64,000 nucleotides of DNA from Candidatus Aenigmatarchaeota archaeon (GTDB lineage: Archaea > Aenigmatarchaeota > Aenigmatarchaeia > CG10238-14 > SCSR01), in the NCBI GenBank assembly GCA_039090665.1, contig JAWCSL010000001.1, positions 32,001 to 96,000 on the forward strand, given 5' to 3'. Below, in pieces: positions 49,013 through 59,761 of this stretch. How positions within the stretch are numbered: the stretch's first letter is position 1; each line of letters starts with the position of its first letter. Below the pieces are notes generated by a model that had not been told where the DNA came from, did no database searches, and saw only the letters and a list, made by a program, of their open reading frames with translations. Position numbers and translations under genes: made by a program.

Positions 49013-51034
49013 CTTTCAATCCTACATTAATCTGATTTTAACGAAAAAACAGTTATATCACTGTTGCGATGACAAAAATCTTTCAATCCTACATTAGTCT
49101 GATTTTAACATTTTGATATTATTGAAATTTTTGATGAAAAGGAAGTCTTTCAATCCTACATTAGTCTGATTTTAACTCACAACTGCAGCAACTGCCACGA
49201 AAGCAAGTGGATCTTTCAATCCTACATTAGTCTGATTTTAACTACTGATTGGCAAACAGGAGAACTTTTAGGAAAGTACTTTCAATCCTACATTAGTCTG
49301 ATTTTAACCGTTCAAGTCTCCAGCCTCTGCTTTCACCGCATTCTCATCTACTTTCAATCCTACATTAGTCTGATTTTAACTAATCTATAAAAAGTGGTAA
49401 AAATAACTCTAGGTCTCTAGATCTTTCAATCCTACATTAGTCTGATTTTAACATAAATCTCATGCTTTGGTCCAAGTCAAAACGAAAGATCTTTCAATCC
49501 TACATTAGTCTGATTTTAACTGGCTTTTCTGTTTAAGAATATAATTTGGCTTGCAATAGCTTTCAATCCTACATTAGTCTGATTTTAACTAGTAAAATTG
49601 GCGAGAGAAATGCTTTATGAAGAAAATTCTTTCAATCCTACATTAGTCTGATTTTAACAATATATCTGGAGAGGAAGGCCTGCTTATGCAATCAGCTTTC
49701 AATCCTACATTAGTCTGATTTTAACCTTTTTATCCTATTGCTAAGCAGCTTTTAAATTGGGTCTTTCAATCCTACATTAGTCTGATTTTAACAAGCAATG
49801 TGAATGTCACGCCAATATTCACTTTAACAGCCTTTCAATCCTACATTAGTCTGATTTTAACTATTTCACAATTAAGTGCGGAATGGAAATTGAAGTTTTC
49901 TTTCAATCCTACATTAGTCTGATTTTAACAAGTATTTCTTTGCGGGTTTTCATCCCGCAAAACTACTCTTTCAATCCTACATTAGTCTGATTTTAACTAA
50001 AGTGACAAAGCAATGGTGGCTGGGTGATTGGTAAACTTTCAATCCTACATTAGTCTGATTTTAACACTGTTTTTTGGAAGTAGACTGGCGACAACTTTGT
50101 CTCTTTCAATCCTACATTAGTCTGATTTTAACCACATCAGACTGATTGGTTCATCATGAAGATAATAAACTTTCAATCCTACATTAGTCTGATTTTAACC
50201 TATGTTTTTCTTTCCAACTTTTCTGACCCAATCTTGCATGACTTTTTCTTTCAATCCTACATTAGTCTGATTTTAACCCTTTGTAAGTTCAGCTCTTTTG
50301 CCAGCTCATCTAACTTGCTTTCAATCCTACATTAGTCTGATTTTAACTGGCAGTATGGAGAGAGAAATGAAAGTGAAAACTATAAACTTTCAATCCTACA
50401 TTAGTCTGATTTTAACTTTGGATTTGGATACCACATTCATCACACCTTCCATTCTTTCAATCCTACATTAGTCTGATTTTAACAAAAATCATACTGGAGA
50501 TTGATGAATTACTTGCAACATATTGCTTTCAATCCTACATTAGTCTGATTTTAACGTTGTATTTTAGGTTTCCAACTTCTGCAATCAAATTATCTTTCAA
50601 TCCTACATTAGTCTGATTTTAACTAATCAAGAGATGAATATGCTATTCCAACCACATGTGGTCTTTCAATCCTACATTAGTCTGATTTTAACTGTGGAAG
50701 GAGATTTAGATTCTGATGCAGAACTTGATAACTTTCAATCCTACATTAGTCTGATTTTAACTTGTTTGGTGTTTATTATGTGTGTAGAATTCTTGACTCT
50801 TTCAATCCTACATTAGTCTGATTTTAACCTTTGATACAAACAAACAACACGCAAATACAGTTTAAGTTCTTTCAATCCTACATTAGTCTGATTTTAACAA
50901 AACTCGAACAAGGCCTATTCTCTTACTGCTATAAACTTTCAATCCTACATTAGTCTGATTTTAACTTGAAAAAATCCATCATTGTGTATAATAAAGTTTA
51001 AATACTTTCAATCCTACATTAGTCTGATTTTAAC
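49013..51034 (-). CRISPR. CRISPR array, 30 repeats / 29 spacers, repeat GTTAAAATCAGACTAATGTAGGATTGAAAG
   Basis: 30-bp repeats, spacers mostly 36-42 nt; single mismatch in the 49013 copy marks the trailer end. Confidence 0.99.
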
Positions 51035-51132
51035 CCAGCCCGAAAGCCAAAATTTTTTCGATTAAAGCCGATTCCTTATATTTAAATCATCATGGATTTA
51101 TAAAAAGCTATTTGTTTATAAAGATCCACAAC
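51035..51132 (-). promoter_or_regulatory. CRISPR leader
   Basis: AT-rich segment between cas2 and first repeat with TTTAAATATAA on the minus strand. Confidence 0.75.
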
Positions 51133-51396
51133 TTAGATAACCAAAGAAGGCTCTGCCTTTTTTATGCCTATATGTTCTTTTTGTAATACCTTGTCTGTTT
51201 GAAGTTGATAGATAATAACTGAATCCTCATTTGCGTCTATTCTTTCTTTAATTCCAATTTCAACTTTCTTTAGTTCACTTTCAGTCAATTCTCCTTCAAA
51301 AACAGAATTTTGAATCCAATTCAAATATTGTCTTAGAAATTGACACACTTTATTAACTCTTTCCACCGAAACATCATAAACTATGATTACATACAC
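51133..51396 (-). CDS. cas2: Cas2
   Basis: IIVYDV, WIQNSVFEG. Confidence 0.97.
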   Translation of the reverse strand: MYVIIVYDVSVERVNKVCQFLRQYLNWIQNSVFEGELTESELKKVEIGIKERIDANEDSVIIYQLQTDKVLQKEHIGIKKAEPSLVI

Positions 51397-51397
51397 T

Positions 51398-52405
51398 CTA
51401 CCACCAAATTACAAATGGTTCATATTTTTTAACTCCAAGCAAATGTTTTATGAGCTTATAACACTCTAGTCTAATTAATCTTTGAAAAGATACACTTCTT
51501 CCCAAATCTCTGTGTTTTATAGTAGTTTTAAGTTTTTCGTCATAGTGCTGTAAAAAAATCTTCTTTCCATTATTGTTAAGAAGAGTGTAGTTCAATTCCT
51601 TCATAAAATGTTTTTCTTCAATTATTCGTTTGTTAATTAGCTTGAAGATAACCCTATCCGCTAATAAAGGTTTGAAAATTTCACTTAAATCTAAAGCTAA
51701 AGAAAATCTCCTTTCGAATGGTTCATGTAAATAACTTATGGTTGGATTTAATTGTGTGTTGTAAATTTCTGTTAATATTGTGGAGTAAACCAAAGAATTG
51801 CCAAAGCTAATTAAGCAATTTATCATATTTTCCGGTGGCCTTTTTGTTCTTTTATCAAAATGGAACTTTTCAGGAAAAATTTTGTTAAAGCTTTGGTAAT
51901 ATGTATCCCAAATATTTCCTTCTATTGCCATAATTGCTGGAATATCATTCTGTTTTTCCAGTTCATTTAAAAGAAATTTAATTTTTTCTATTTCATCTTG
52001 CAATTCTCCTTTTGTTCTTTCATAATATTGTAAATTTTTCACAATATTCTGCCCGCAACCCTCAACAAATTTCTTTGCTAACTCTAACCTTTTCTCCTTG
52101 TTTAAATAATACTCAACTTGTTTTACTAGTAAATATCCCGAAACCAAAGTTTCTCTTGGATATAAACTACCTTCATAAAAGCCATATTTATTAAAGAAAT
52201 GAATCGGCACACCATACTTTGAAAGATAAGAAACTACGCCAGAAGAGAAAGTTACTCTTCCGTGAGCAAAAATTGCATAAATCTTGTTTATCGGCAAAAT
52301 TTTCTTTTCTACCTCACCATTTTCATTCTTTTTAATAAAATAAACTGTGTTTTGTTTTCTTTTTAAAATTCCATTGCTAGTAATATAGTAATTTACCTTT
52401 CCCAT
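51398..52405 (-). CDS. cas1: Cas1 (I-B-like)
   Basis: IEG, N.LISFGNS, YLHEP, LDLSEIFKP. Confidence 0.97.
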   Translation of the reverse strand: MGKVNYYITSNGILKRKQNTVYFIKKNENGEVEKKILPINKIYAIFAHGRVTFSSGVVSYLSKYGVPIHFFNKYGFYEGSLYPRETLVSGYLLVKQVEYYLNKEKRLELAKKFVEGCGQNIVKNLQYYERTKGELQDEIEKIKFLLNELEKQNDIPAIMAIEGNIWDTYYQSFNKIFPEKFHFDKRTKRPPENMINCLISFGNSLVYSTILTEIYNTQLNPTISYLHEPFERRFSLALDLSEIFKPLLADRVIFKLINKRIIEEKHFMKELNYTLLNNNGKKIFLQHYDEKLKTTIKHRDLGRSVSFQRLIRLECYKLIKHLLGVKKYEPFVIWW

Positions 52406-52428
52406 TTAATTGTTTATAAGTTTGTTAA

Positions 52429-52992
52429 CTATTTATTAATCCAGCATAATTCAAAGTAGCTACATTTTCTACAATACTTTTTCTTTTCTGGTTTTGGTGG
52501 TTTAGGTAAACAAACTATTCTTTTAATTTCTTGAAAAAGTTTTTGTAATTCATTTTCTTTCTCCGGAGTTAGCTTGACTTCAACAATTTTTCTTTTAGAT
52601 GGATAATTGATTATTCCTTCTGCGTTTTCGATCCCTTTCTCATGCTTAAGGTAGTAAAGATAATAAAGCATTTGATAATAGTGAGCCTCTTGAAATTTAT
52701 CAGATTTTTTAATGTCATGAAGAATAAGTTTATCTCCCTTTTTGATAAAATCTATAGATATCTTCTGATCTATAAGTATGTCTTTCTCTATATCTTTAAA
52801 TGCAATTTCATGTAATATTTTACCTAAAATTACAAGCTCAGATTCATGTTCCTGTGTAACATAATGAGAAAAATACCAAAGTTGTGTTTTACAATGAATG
52901 AAATAACTCACCTGAACTCCTGTAAACAAAGCCTCTTCTTCAAATATTTTCTGAGAGTTTTGAGAAAAATTGTCTTGCTTCACTAAATCCAT
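52429..52992 (-). CDS. cas4: Cas4
   Basis: CKTQLW, DIKKS, QMLYY, C..CSY..LC. Confidence 0.95.
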   Translation of the reverse strand: MDLVKQDNFSQNSQKIFEEEALFTGVQVSYFIHCKTQLWYFSHYVTQEHESELVILGKILHEIAFKDIEKDILIDQKISIDFIKKGDKLILHDIKKSDKFQEAHYYQMLYYLYYLKHEKGIENAEGIINYPSKRKIVEVKLTPEKENELQKLFQEIKRIVCLPKPPKPEKKKYCRKCSYFELCWINK

Positions 52993-53950
52993 ACACTTTT
53001 CTTGTTTTTTCTTTAAGCTCATATGATATTTTTAAATTTACAAGTTTATCTAGTAGTTCTCCGTTTACATATCCATTGAGAAAATAATATAAAAACTTAT
53101 TCAAAAGAGAAGATGACAATTCCCTGTATTGTTTATCTTGAATATATGTAGAAAAAATGAATTTTACAATGAAAGGGTAATCTTCTCTTCCAGTTAAATA
53201 ACCTCCATACCATTTTGAAATAAAACTTTTCAATTTTGGAATAAAATACATTTCTTTTTTCTGTTTTGGAAGGTAACAAATTACTAATGTAACATCATCT
53301 CTTATGCCAATTTTTTCGAGTAAGGAGGGTATTCCCAGTTCTTCAACTTGTTTTTTCCAATTTTCTATTCCAAGAGATTCTTTTTTTATCCATGTAACAA
53401 ATGATGAAATAAGAATGAAGGAATAAATAAATTCGTTAAGAAGAGGCAAAACCTTTATGCCAATATTGTTCATTATTTTTTTTAAATCAATACCCCCTTT
53501 TTCTTTACCACTTGGAAAAATTAATAGTTCTTCATTAATTAGATATTCTCTAAATTTACTCCTTATTCTTTCATCCACATTATCTAAATTTACTATGTAT
53601 TCACCGCTATAAATTCCAGAAATTATAAGATATAAAAATCTATAAATTTCGTCTTCACTCGGATTTTCTTTTCCAAGGTAGAAATTTGGTGCTTGGTCTG
53701 GAGATATTATTGTTGGTATGAGCGACGCATCATATTTTTTATCTTCCTTTACACACTTTTCTATCAGTGATTTAAAAATATTTAGCATATTCTTTTCTAA
53801 TTCACTCTCATGAACTTTCATTTTCCCTTTAATAATGTAATAACCTTTTCTTAATCTCTGTTGTAATAATCTTCTGACTATTGGTAGAGCATAACTTCTA
53901 TTACTTTTTTCCTTTAAGAAATTTTCTAAAAGTTCTTTATAGTTTGTCAT
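52940..53950 (-). CDS. Probable short Cas8 large subunit
   Basis: Position between cas3 and cas4; PNF loop (SPDQAPNFY); no other large-subunit candidate. Confidence 0.55.
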   Translation of the reverse strand: MTNYKELLENFLKEKSNRSYALPIVRRLLQQRLRKGYYIIKGKMKVHESELEKNMLNIFKSLIEKCVKEDKKYDASLIPTIISPDQAPNFYLGKENPSEDEIYRFLYLIISGIYSGEYIVNLDNVDERIRSKFREYLINEELLIFPSGKEKGGIDLKKIMNNIGIKVLPLLNEFIYSFILISSFVTWIKKESLGIENWKKQVEELGIPSLLEKIGIRDDVTLVICYLPKQKKEMYFIPKLKSFISKWYGGYLTGREDYPFIVKFIFSTYIQDKQYRELSSSLLNKFLYYFLNGYVNGELLDKLVNLKISYELKEKTRKVYGFSEARQFFSKLSENI

Positions 53951-56049
53951 ATTATTTCACTCCCTACTTCTCTAAAACCATAAAAACTATTGTAAATTTT
54001 GTCTTTTAAATCTACTATTGGAAGAGCTTTTCTTTCTTCGTCTCTTAAGTATTTGCGAACCCACCATATTGGAACCGGAACACTAACTTCTTTAAATTCT
54101 GCTAATAATTTTCTTCTTTCATTAAAATTTTTATTTTTGAAGTCCTGACATAGAAGCTCTTCTATACATTTTTTAACTTCTTCGTCCTCTACACATTCAG
54201 GAGAAGGTATGATTAAAGTAGTGAAGCTATCCCTGTAACTTAATATTTTCGCCAATTCTTCTTCTGAAATATCAAGCGAAAAGAAAAATTGAAGGAGTTC
54301 TTCAAATTGCTCCAAATTAACTTTTTTAGTCTCTCTTTGCAAAATTTCCAATAATTTATCATAAGTATATATTTCATCAAGATTTTTTAAAAGGTCAAAC
54401 TCACTTTTTAAGTTATTACTTAATTCTTCAACTATTTTCTTAGCAATACATAATTCATCAGATGTATATGGATAGTATCGCTCATTCTCAATTTTTGGCT
54501 TAAAAATTTTCACATTTACTTCTTCTGTTTTCACACCTCTTCTATTTACCCTTCCAAATCGTTGAATTAAAGAGGGAAGAGGGGCTAATTCTGTAAACAT
54601 AAAATCATAAGAAACATCTAATGAGACTTCGCATACTTGAGTTGTTATAAGTATGTGGGGTTTTTCTTTTAATTTTTCTATCTCATCCTCTTTTCTTTTT
54701 CTATCTTTATACATAAACCTTGCATGCAAAAGTAAAACATTTTCTTTTCCCACTTCTTTCACCAATTTTTCTGCAATTTCAATGGATTTTTCAACTGTAT
54801 TTACAACAACGATTACTTTCTTACCATCTTTAAAATTCTTAACTATATCATCAATATGGAGATCTAAGTCTTCGTCCAAATACTCGAACAATGCTCTCCT
54901 TTTTGCTTTATATCCATAGGAGAAATCTAGAAAAGAATTCTGAGTTAAATTTAGCTCACTTGCTAAGTATTTTTCTAAACCTTTCGAAAGAGTTGCAGAC
55001 ATAAATAGAACTTTGAAACTGTATATATTTTGAAATTTCTTAAGAAAGTACGTTAGAAGACTTAACATTAGTGGATTTAATAAATGTACTTCATCTAACA
55101 CTATACCTGAATTTCTAAACATTACACGCTTTGTATAATATTTTCCAACCTGTAAAAATGATAGGAGAAATTGATCTACGGTAGTTATTACAAAGGGTTT
55201 TATGAAATTTTCTATGAAAAACATGTTTTGTAAAAGATCTAAATCTTCTTTTACTTCAGTATCATAGAAATAGAAGTATTTTATCACATTCCTCCCAAAA
55301 ACGTTTTGAAGTTTTTGATAGAATTTATTTATGGCTGTAATAGTCGGAAATAAGTAAAATATTTTGCTAACATCTTTATTTTTGAAAAACAAGAGAGAAA
55401 CGTCAGTTTTACCCCAGCCTGTATAAGCTCTTAATACACCAGGACTCTGAAGATTACATAGTTGCTGTTGTTCCAACCATCTATCAATATCTAATTGAAA
55501 ATTAGATTTATTATTTTTTAGAATATTTTTAACATCTTCGTCACATACAGCTGGTTTTTTTAGTTCTATACTTTTATTCTCTGCTGAGCACACATCCGCA
55601 ATCTTGAATAGGCCAAAAGCATCGATGAGATTCGTTATATAATTAAAATCTAAGGTTTTAATTATTTCCTTAACTTCTTCTACTAAATATTGCATCGCAA
55701 TGCCCTTAATATTTTTAGTAAGAGGAGAGTGATGCTTATAAATCAAATACCATAAAACGAATGTAATTTTTTTATCTTCAGGCAAGACTTTATACTCCAT
55801 TAAGTATTTTACGGATAGAGGGGCATGATCCGGATTTTTTTCATTCCTTATATTCCACATTTTATGTAGTTTACCAAAGTCATGATATTTCACTATATAT
55901 TCCAAAGCATTCTCTATTTCTTTTGGGAATGAGTAAAATTTTAGAAAAGTTGAAAAAATGTTTTCTACTTCATTTATATGAACTTGAAGGGGCTTATTCG
56001 GATGACTTTCCTTTAATAAATCTTCCCACTCATCATTTATTTCCTTCAT
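53947..56049 (-). CDS. cas3: Cas3, fused HD nuclease + helicase
   Basis: YHDFGK, HH, TGWGKT, DEVH, MSAT, QRFGRVNR. Confidence 0.96.
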   Translation of the reverse strand: MKEINDEWEDLLKESHPNKPLQVHINEVENIFSTFLKFYSFPKEIENALEYIVKYHDFGKLHKMWNIRNEKNPDHAPLSVKYLMEYKVLPEDKKITFVLWYLIYKHHSPLTKNIKGIAMQYLVEEVKEIIKTLDFNYITNLIDAFGLFKIADVCSAENKSIELKKPAVCDEDVKNILKNNKSNFQLDIDRWLEQQQLCNLQSPGVLRAYTGWGKTDVSLLFFKNKDVSKIFYLFPTITAINKFYQKLQNVFGRNVIKYFYFYDTEVKEDLDLLQNMFFIENFIKPFVITTVDQFLLSFLQVGKYYTKRVMFRNSGIVLDEVHLLNPLMLSLLTYFLKKFQNIYSFKVLFMSATLSKGLEKYLASELNLTQNSFLDFSYGYKAKRRALFEYLDEDLDLHIDDIVKNFKDGKKVIVVVNTVEKSIEIAEKLVKEVGKENVLLLHARFMYKDRKRKEDEIEKLKEKPHILITTQVCEVSLDVSYDFMFTELAPLPSLIQRFGRVNRRGVKTEEVNVKIFKPKIENERYYPYTSDELCIAKKIVEELSNNLKSEFDLLKNLDEIYTYDKLLEILQRETKKVNLEQFEELLQFFFSLDISEEELAKILSYRDSFTTLIIPSPECVEDEEVKKCIEELLCQDFKNKNFNERRKLLAEFKEVSVPVPIWWVRKYLRDEERKALPIVDLKDKIYNSFYGFREVGSEII

Positions 56050-56078
56050 TTTTTTTACCTTTTTCTTTTACATTTTTA

Positions 56079-56738
56079 TCAACTTTCAAGATAATAGAAC
56101 TTTTCCAAGGGAAAAACACCTATACCATCTACAGCCAAAACCGGGTGTTTAAGCTTTAATTTTCCTTTGAAAATAAAACAAAAGTTTGGGTTGGTTGAAA
56201 ATTTATGCTTAACTGGCAAAATTTGAAGTTCCGTACCTTCATTCCATTCTATTTTTTCTATAAGATCCTGGGGAGCATAATTTTCGATTGAATAATTTTC
56301 TTCTACATCCATCTTTCCTTGGACCTCTATATCTTCAGCAAAAAAATCATTCTGTCCACCATAAGGAAAGTAAGCTATTTTATCTTTTATTTTAAGATAA
56401 AACTCATCAATCTTTTCGTTATCAGCAACCAAAGCCATCGTATAGGTTGGGTGATTTAGAATTACACTAACCGTAACACCTCTTATACGTTTTCCAGTTT
56501 TATGCTGAATGTAAGTCGTGTTTTCTGAACAAGATCCTTTATACTTTAAAAGTTTAGCGCCGAATAAACAGTTTTTAAACTCTTCAGTTACTGCTCTTCT
56601 TTCTATTCCTAGCATTGCTCCAAATATTCCCGCTACAGTTGTTGGTAACGGAATAAGATAAGTTTGTCGAAAGCCTTTTGTATGGTGTGCTTTAAAAAGA
56701 GCCTCAGAAAATGTTATTCTCACTACAATTGCCTTCAT
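56079..56738 (-). CDS. cas5: Cas5
   Basis: TYLIPLPTTVAGIFGAMLG, PYGGQND. Confidence 0.92.
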   Translation of the reverse strand: MKAIVVRITFSEALFKAHHTKGFRQTYLIPLPTTVAGIFGAMLGIERRAVTEEFKNCLFGAKLLKYKGSCSENTTYIQHKTGKRIRGVTVSVILNHPTYTMALVADNEKIDEFYLKIKDKIAYFPYGGQNDFFAEDIEVQGKMDVEENYSIENYAPQDLIEKIEWNEGTELQILPVKHKFSTNPNFCFIFKGKLKLKHPVLAVDGIGVFPLEKFYYLES

Positions 56739-56748
56739 TATTTTAACC

Positions 56749-57678
56749 CTAAAGGAATTCAACTATTTCGCCAATAACTGGAGCTACACTAGTTACTTTT
56801 ACTATTTCGTTTGGTACCTCGTTTATCTCCCCTTTATAATCTATTAGGAAAATTTTTTGCATATTTCTCCTTATTTCATTTCTTTCCATCATTTTCTTTA
56901 ACCTCTCTATATTTATTTCATTTTTCTCAAAGTCATAATTTAAATACTGAAAAACTGGAACCGGTCCTTTTTCTGAAAGTACAACCAATCCTGCTATATA
57001 TTCTGGAATGTTTAATGAATTTGTTGCACGAGGAAGAACATATAAAGGTGTAAGAAATACATCACAAAAAGCTTCTATTCTTTTCTTTCTTTCCTCTTCA
57101 GTTAATTTTTCAGGCACTTCTTCTAGGAATTTTTTCGCTTCTTCATTATCTTTAATGCTTTCAGCTACTTTTCTATCTACAGCAAAATTACCAACGTAAT
57201 CATACATAATACAATTTATTTTTCCAATAAACTCTGCTACTTCTATTTCAAAAGGTGCTGGATTTTCTTCTTTACCCCATGGCCTAGGAAATCTTGCTGC
57301 AAATTCAGCTTTAATTGGAGTATCTTTTAATGCTTTAAAATAGGAAAGAGCTATTGGTGCTTGCCTTTTTAATGCCCTTTCTCTTTCCAAAGTTCGCATA
57401 TAGCCGAAAATATCATTGTCAATATATTTGTTGGGTCTAGCGCTATCGCTAAGTCGAAAAGTTTCTTCTGGATTCACATAAAAAGGATCTACTTCAAATC
57501 CTTTCTCTTTCAAAGCTTTTCTTATTGCAAATTTTATGGCTCTAGCTGAAACAAAGGGTAAAACTTCACCTCCTGAAGAATACATTTTTTTCAAAGTAAT
57601 TCTAGTACCTATCACTTCGTCTGCATTAACATTTCCCGCTATTTTACCTATTATTGAAATTTGGACAACTTTACTCAT
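56749..57678 (-). CDS. cas7: Cas7 (DevR/Csa2-like)
   Basis: LKKM, PFVSARAIK..IR, DIFGYM, KRQAP. Confidence 0.9.
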   Translation of the reverse strand: MSKVVQISIIGKIAGNVNADEVIGTRITLKKMYSSGGEVLPFVSARAIKFAIRKALKEKGFEVDPFYVNPEETFRLSDSARPNKYIDNDIFGYMRTLERERALKRQAPIALSYFKALKDTPIKAEFAARFPRPWGKEENPAPFEIEVAEFIGKINCIMYDYVGNFAVDRKVAESIKDNEEAKKFLEEVPEKLTEEERKKRIEAFCDVFLTPLYVLPRATNSLNIPEYIAGLVVLSEKGPVPVFQYLNYDFEKNEINIERLKKMMERNEIRRNMQKIFLIDYKGEINEVPNEIVKVTSVAPVIGEIVEFL

Positions 57679-57689
57679 TTTTATCCACC

Positions 57690-57974
57690 TTAAGTAGCTA
57701 ATGCGTCTGTTAAACCTGCAATAATTGCAGACTTCATATAATAAAATTTATCTCCCTGCCATTTAACTTTGAATAATTCTGGTTTAATAGAAACATCTAA
57801 TGCTATATTTTTATTTGTTTTGTATTCAGATAGTCTATTTGATAATTTTTCCAAGAATCTTCCAGGTGTTTCCTCTGCACGGATATCAAAGATCAATCTC
57901 CTCACAAGTTCGCTATTTTTCTCTTTTATTGTCATTCCTATAGCATAAGCCCAATTCCATATTTCATCAAACAT
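57690..57974 (-). CDS. Probable Cas11 small subunit
   Basis: 94-aa all-helical ORF directly upstream of cas7. Confidence 0.6.
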   Translation of the reverse strand: MFDEIWNWAYAIGMTIKEKNSELVRRLIFDIRAEETPGRFLEKLSNRLSEYKTNKNIALDVSIKPELFKVKWQGDKFYYMKSAIIAGLTDALAT

Positions 57975-58006
57975 AATTTTAATTCATTGCCCGAAGTATT
58001 TAAAAG

Positions 58007-58756
58007 TTATTTCATCACATTCATAAACCCAAATCCCAAACTATTTCTCTCTCCAAACCCACAATCAATCCCAAACTCTAATATTTTTTTCTGTTGTTTA
58101 CTTAAATAACTAAACATAAATTCCCATATACTCCCAATCATCTTATATTCAATTCCACCAATGATAACATGAGAAACTACAGGTTTTTTAAACTTAAATT
58201 GTTCAAATATAGGAAATTCCTCCACATTTGTTTTATAAAATTCATTATATTTTTTAAACAAATTTTCTTCAAGTTGCTTAACAAAAGCTTCAAAAGCATA
58301 TTCTGGACGCCAATAAACATATCTTTTCTTTTTCTCTTTTATCCCATATTTCTCATAATTTTTCTCCGGAATTCTTATTATAATCGGAGTTGCTGAAATT
58401 ATTCTACAGTTTTTTCTTAACCTTGTTTTCAGTAATAAAATATCTCTGATTTTGAATGACATTTCACCTATGTTTATGACTTTATTTTCGTCTATCAATC
58501 CTTTAAGTCTACTTTCTAAAGTTTTAATAAATAATCTATCAGGAGAAGAAATGAGCAAATTTCTTTTATCCCCAATTTTCATTTCACCTATAGGAAAGAT
58601 GTTTGAAAAGCAAAAAAATTTATATCCAACTTTATCGTGAAGAACACTATATTCACTTTCTTTGAGTAAGCTATAAACAAATCCTTGCAATTTATGAAAA
58701 TATTTTAAATCATATTCACAATTTTTCCTAGCCTCCAATTTTAGGAGTACTCTCAT
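58007..58756 (-). CDS. cas6: Cas6
   Basis: LHD..YKFFCFS, TPI, GFGERNSLGFG. Confidence 0.96.
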   Translation of the reverse strand: MRVLLKLEARKNCEYDLKYFHKLQGFVYSLLKESEYSVLHDKVGYKFFCFSNIFPIGEMKIGDKRNLLISSPDRLFIKTLESRLKGLIDENKVINIGEMSFKIRDILLLKTRLRKNCRIISATPIIIRIPEKNYEKYGIKEKKKRYVYWRPEYAFEAFVKQLEENLFKKYNEFYKTNVEEFPIFEQFKFKKPVVSHVIIGGIEYKMIGSIWEFMFSYLSKQQKKILEFGIDCGFGERNSLGFGFMNVMK

Positions 58757-58814
58757 TATTTAGATATACTTATTTTTAACTTGATTATTTTTATGAAAAC
58801 AATTAATTTAATCT

Positions 58815-59636
58815 TCAACTCAAATGCAGCTCAACCACATCTTTATCTTTAAGCAAGTAATTCAACCCCACTCTTCGACCAGAAAATTCACTCTCATCAA
58901 AAATTCTTGCAAACTTGAAGCTCTTTAACCAATTCTTGTTTATCTTTTCAACCAAATCTTTCAAGCTGCTCCCTTTCTTCAAAACCAAAGCTTTCTCTTC
59001 TCTAGGCTTTCCTATCGGCTTTGTGAAAACTCTCACAATTTCCGCTTCTTCCATTATCTTCTTAAGCAGCTGCTCATAATCTTTCTTGTCGATTGACCAA
59101 AAAACTTTCTTCTTTTCTATCTTGTGCTCAGCAAGAATTCTCTCAACTTCAGCCTTTTCTTCTTCACTGTTAGCCAAAACCAAAATCAAGTCAGAAGAAT
59201 GAGCTAAGCTCATGTGCTTAGGCAAGAAGAAAGAAGGAATCTCAACAAACTGAATAGCTACACCTTCAAAAAAGCAAATTCCAGTTACAGGCTCTTTTGT
59301 TGTGTATGGCAAAGAGCTAACTTCAGCTTTAGCGTTTGTCAAAGCATTCAGCAGAGAGCTTTTGCCGCTTTTGGTCAAGCCCAAGATAGCAACAAGCAAG
59401 TCGCCAGATTTTTTGATAGAAGCTTGTTTTTTTCCCGGCTTCCTAGCTTTCTTCTCAAGCTGGTCTTCAAGCCTTGCTAGCCTTTTCCTCAGCTCAGCTA
59501 AAAGATTTTCTGTACCTTTGTGCTTTGGCGTTGCTGAAATGAGCTTTTTCAAGAGCTCTATTTTTCTCTCCAAATTTCTTTCTTCCAAGTATTCTTTCTC
59601 GATTGCAAACCATTCAGCAGGCAAGTTAGCAGGCAT
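58815..59636 (-). CDS. Shortened DRG/OBG-family GTPase with TGS domain
   Basis: MPANLP, PKHKGTE, GLTKSGKS, PYTT, L.DKDVVELH. Confidence 0.85.
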   Translation of the reverse strand: MPANLPAEWFAIEKEYLEERNLERKIELLKKLISATPKHKGTENLLAELRKRLARLEDQLEKKARKPGKKQASIKKSGDLLVAILGLTKSGKSSLLNALTNAKAEVSSLPYTTKEPVTGICFFEGVAIQFVEIPSFFLPKHMSLAHSSDLILVLANSEEEKAEVERILAEHKIEKKKVFWSIDKKDYEQLLKKIMEEAEIVRVFTKPIGKPREEKALVLKKGSSLKDLVEKINKNWLKSFKFARIFDESEFSGRRVGLNYLLKDKDVVELHLS

Positions 59637-59761
59637 AATTATGAATTTGTGAAGGAGTGATAAAATTTGATTATTATTTTCAAACTATACATAAAAACGG
59701 CAAGAATGCAACTATGTATTTCCAATTTTTGAAAAGTTCCGGCCTTTCGTTGTTTTACTTA

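Noticed and set aside
50634..50816. 60-aa ORF in the CRISPR array
   Set aside because: Translation of repeats and spacers
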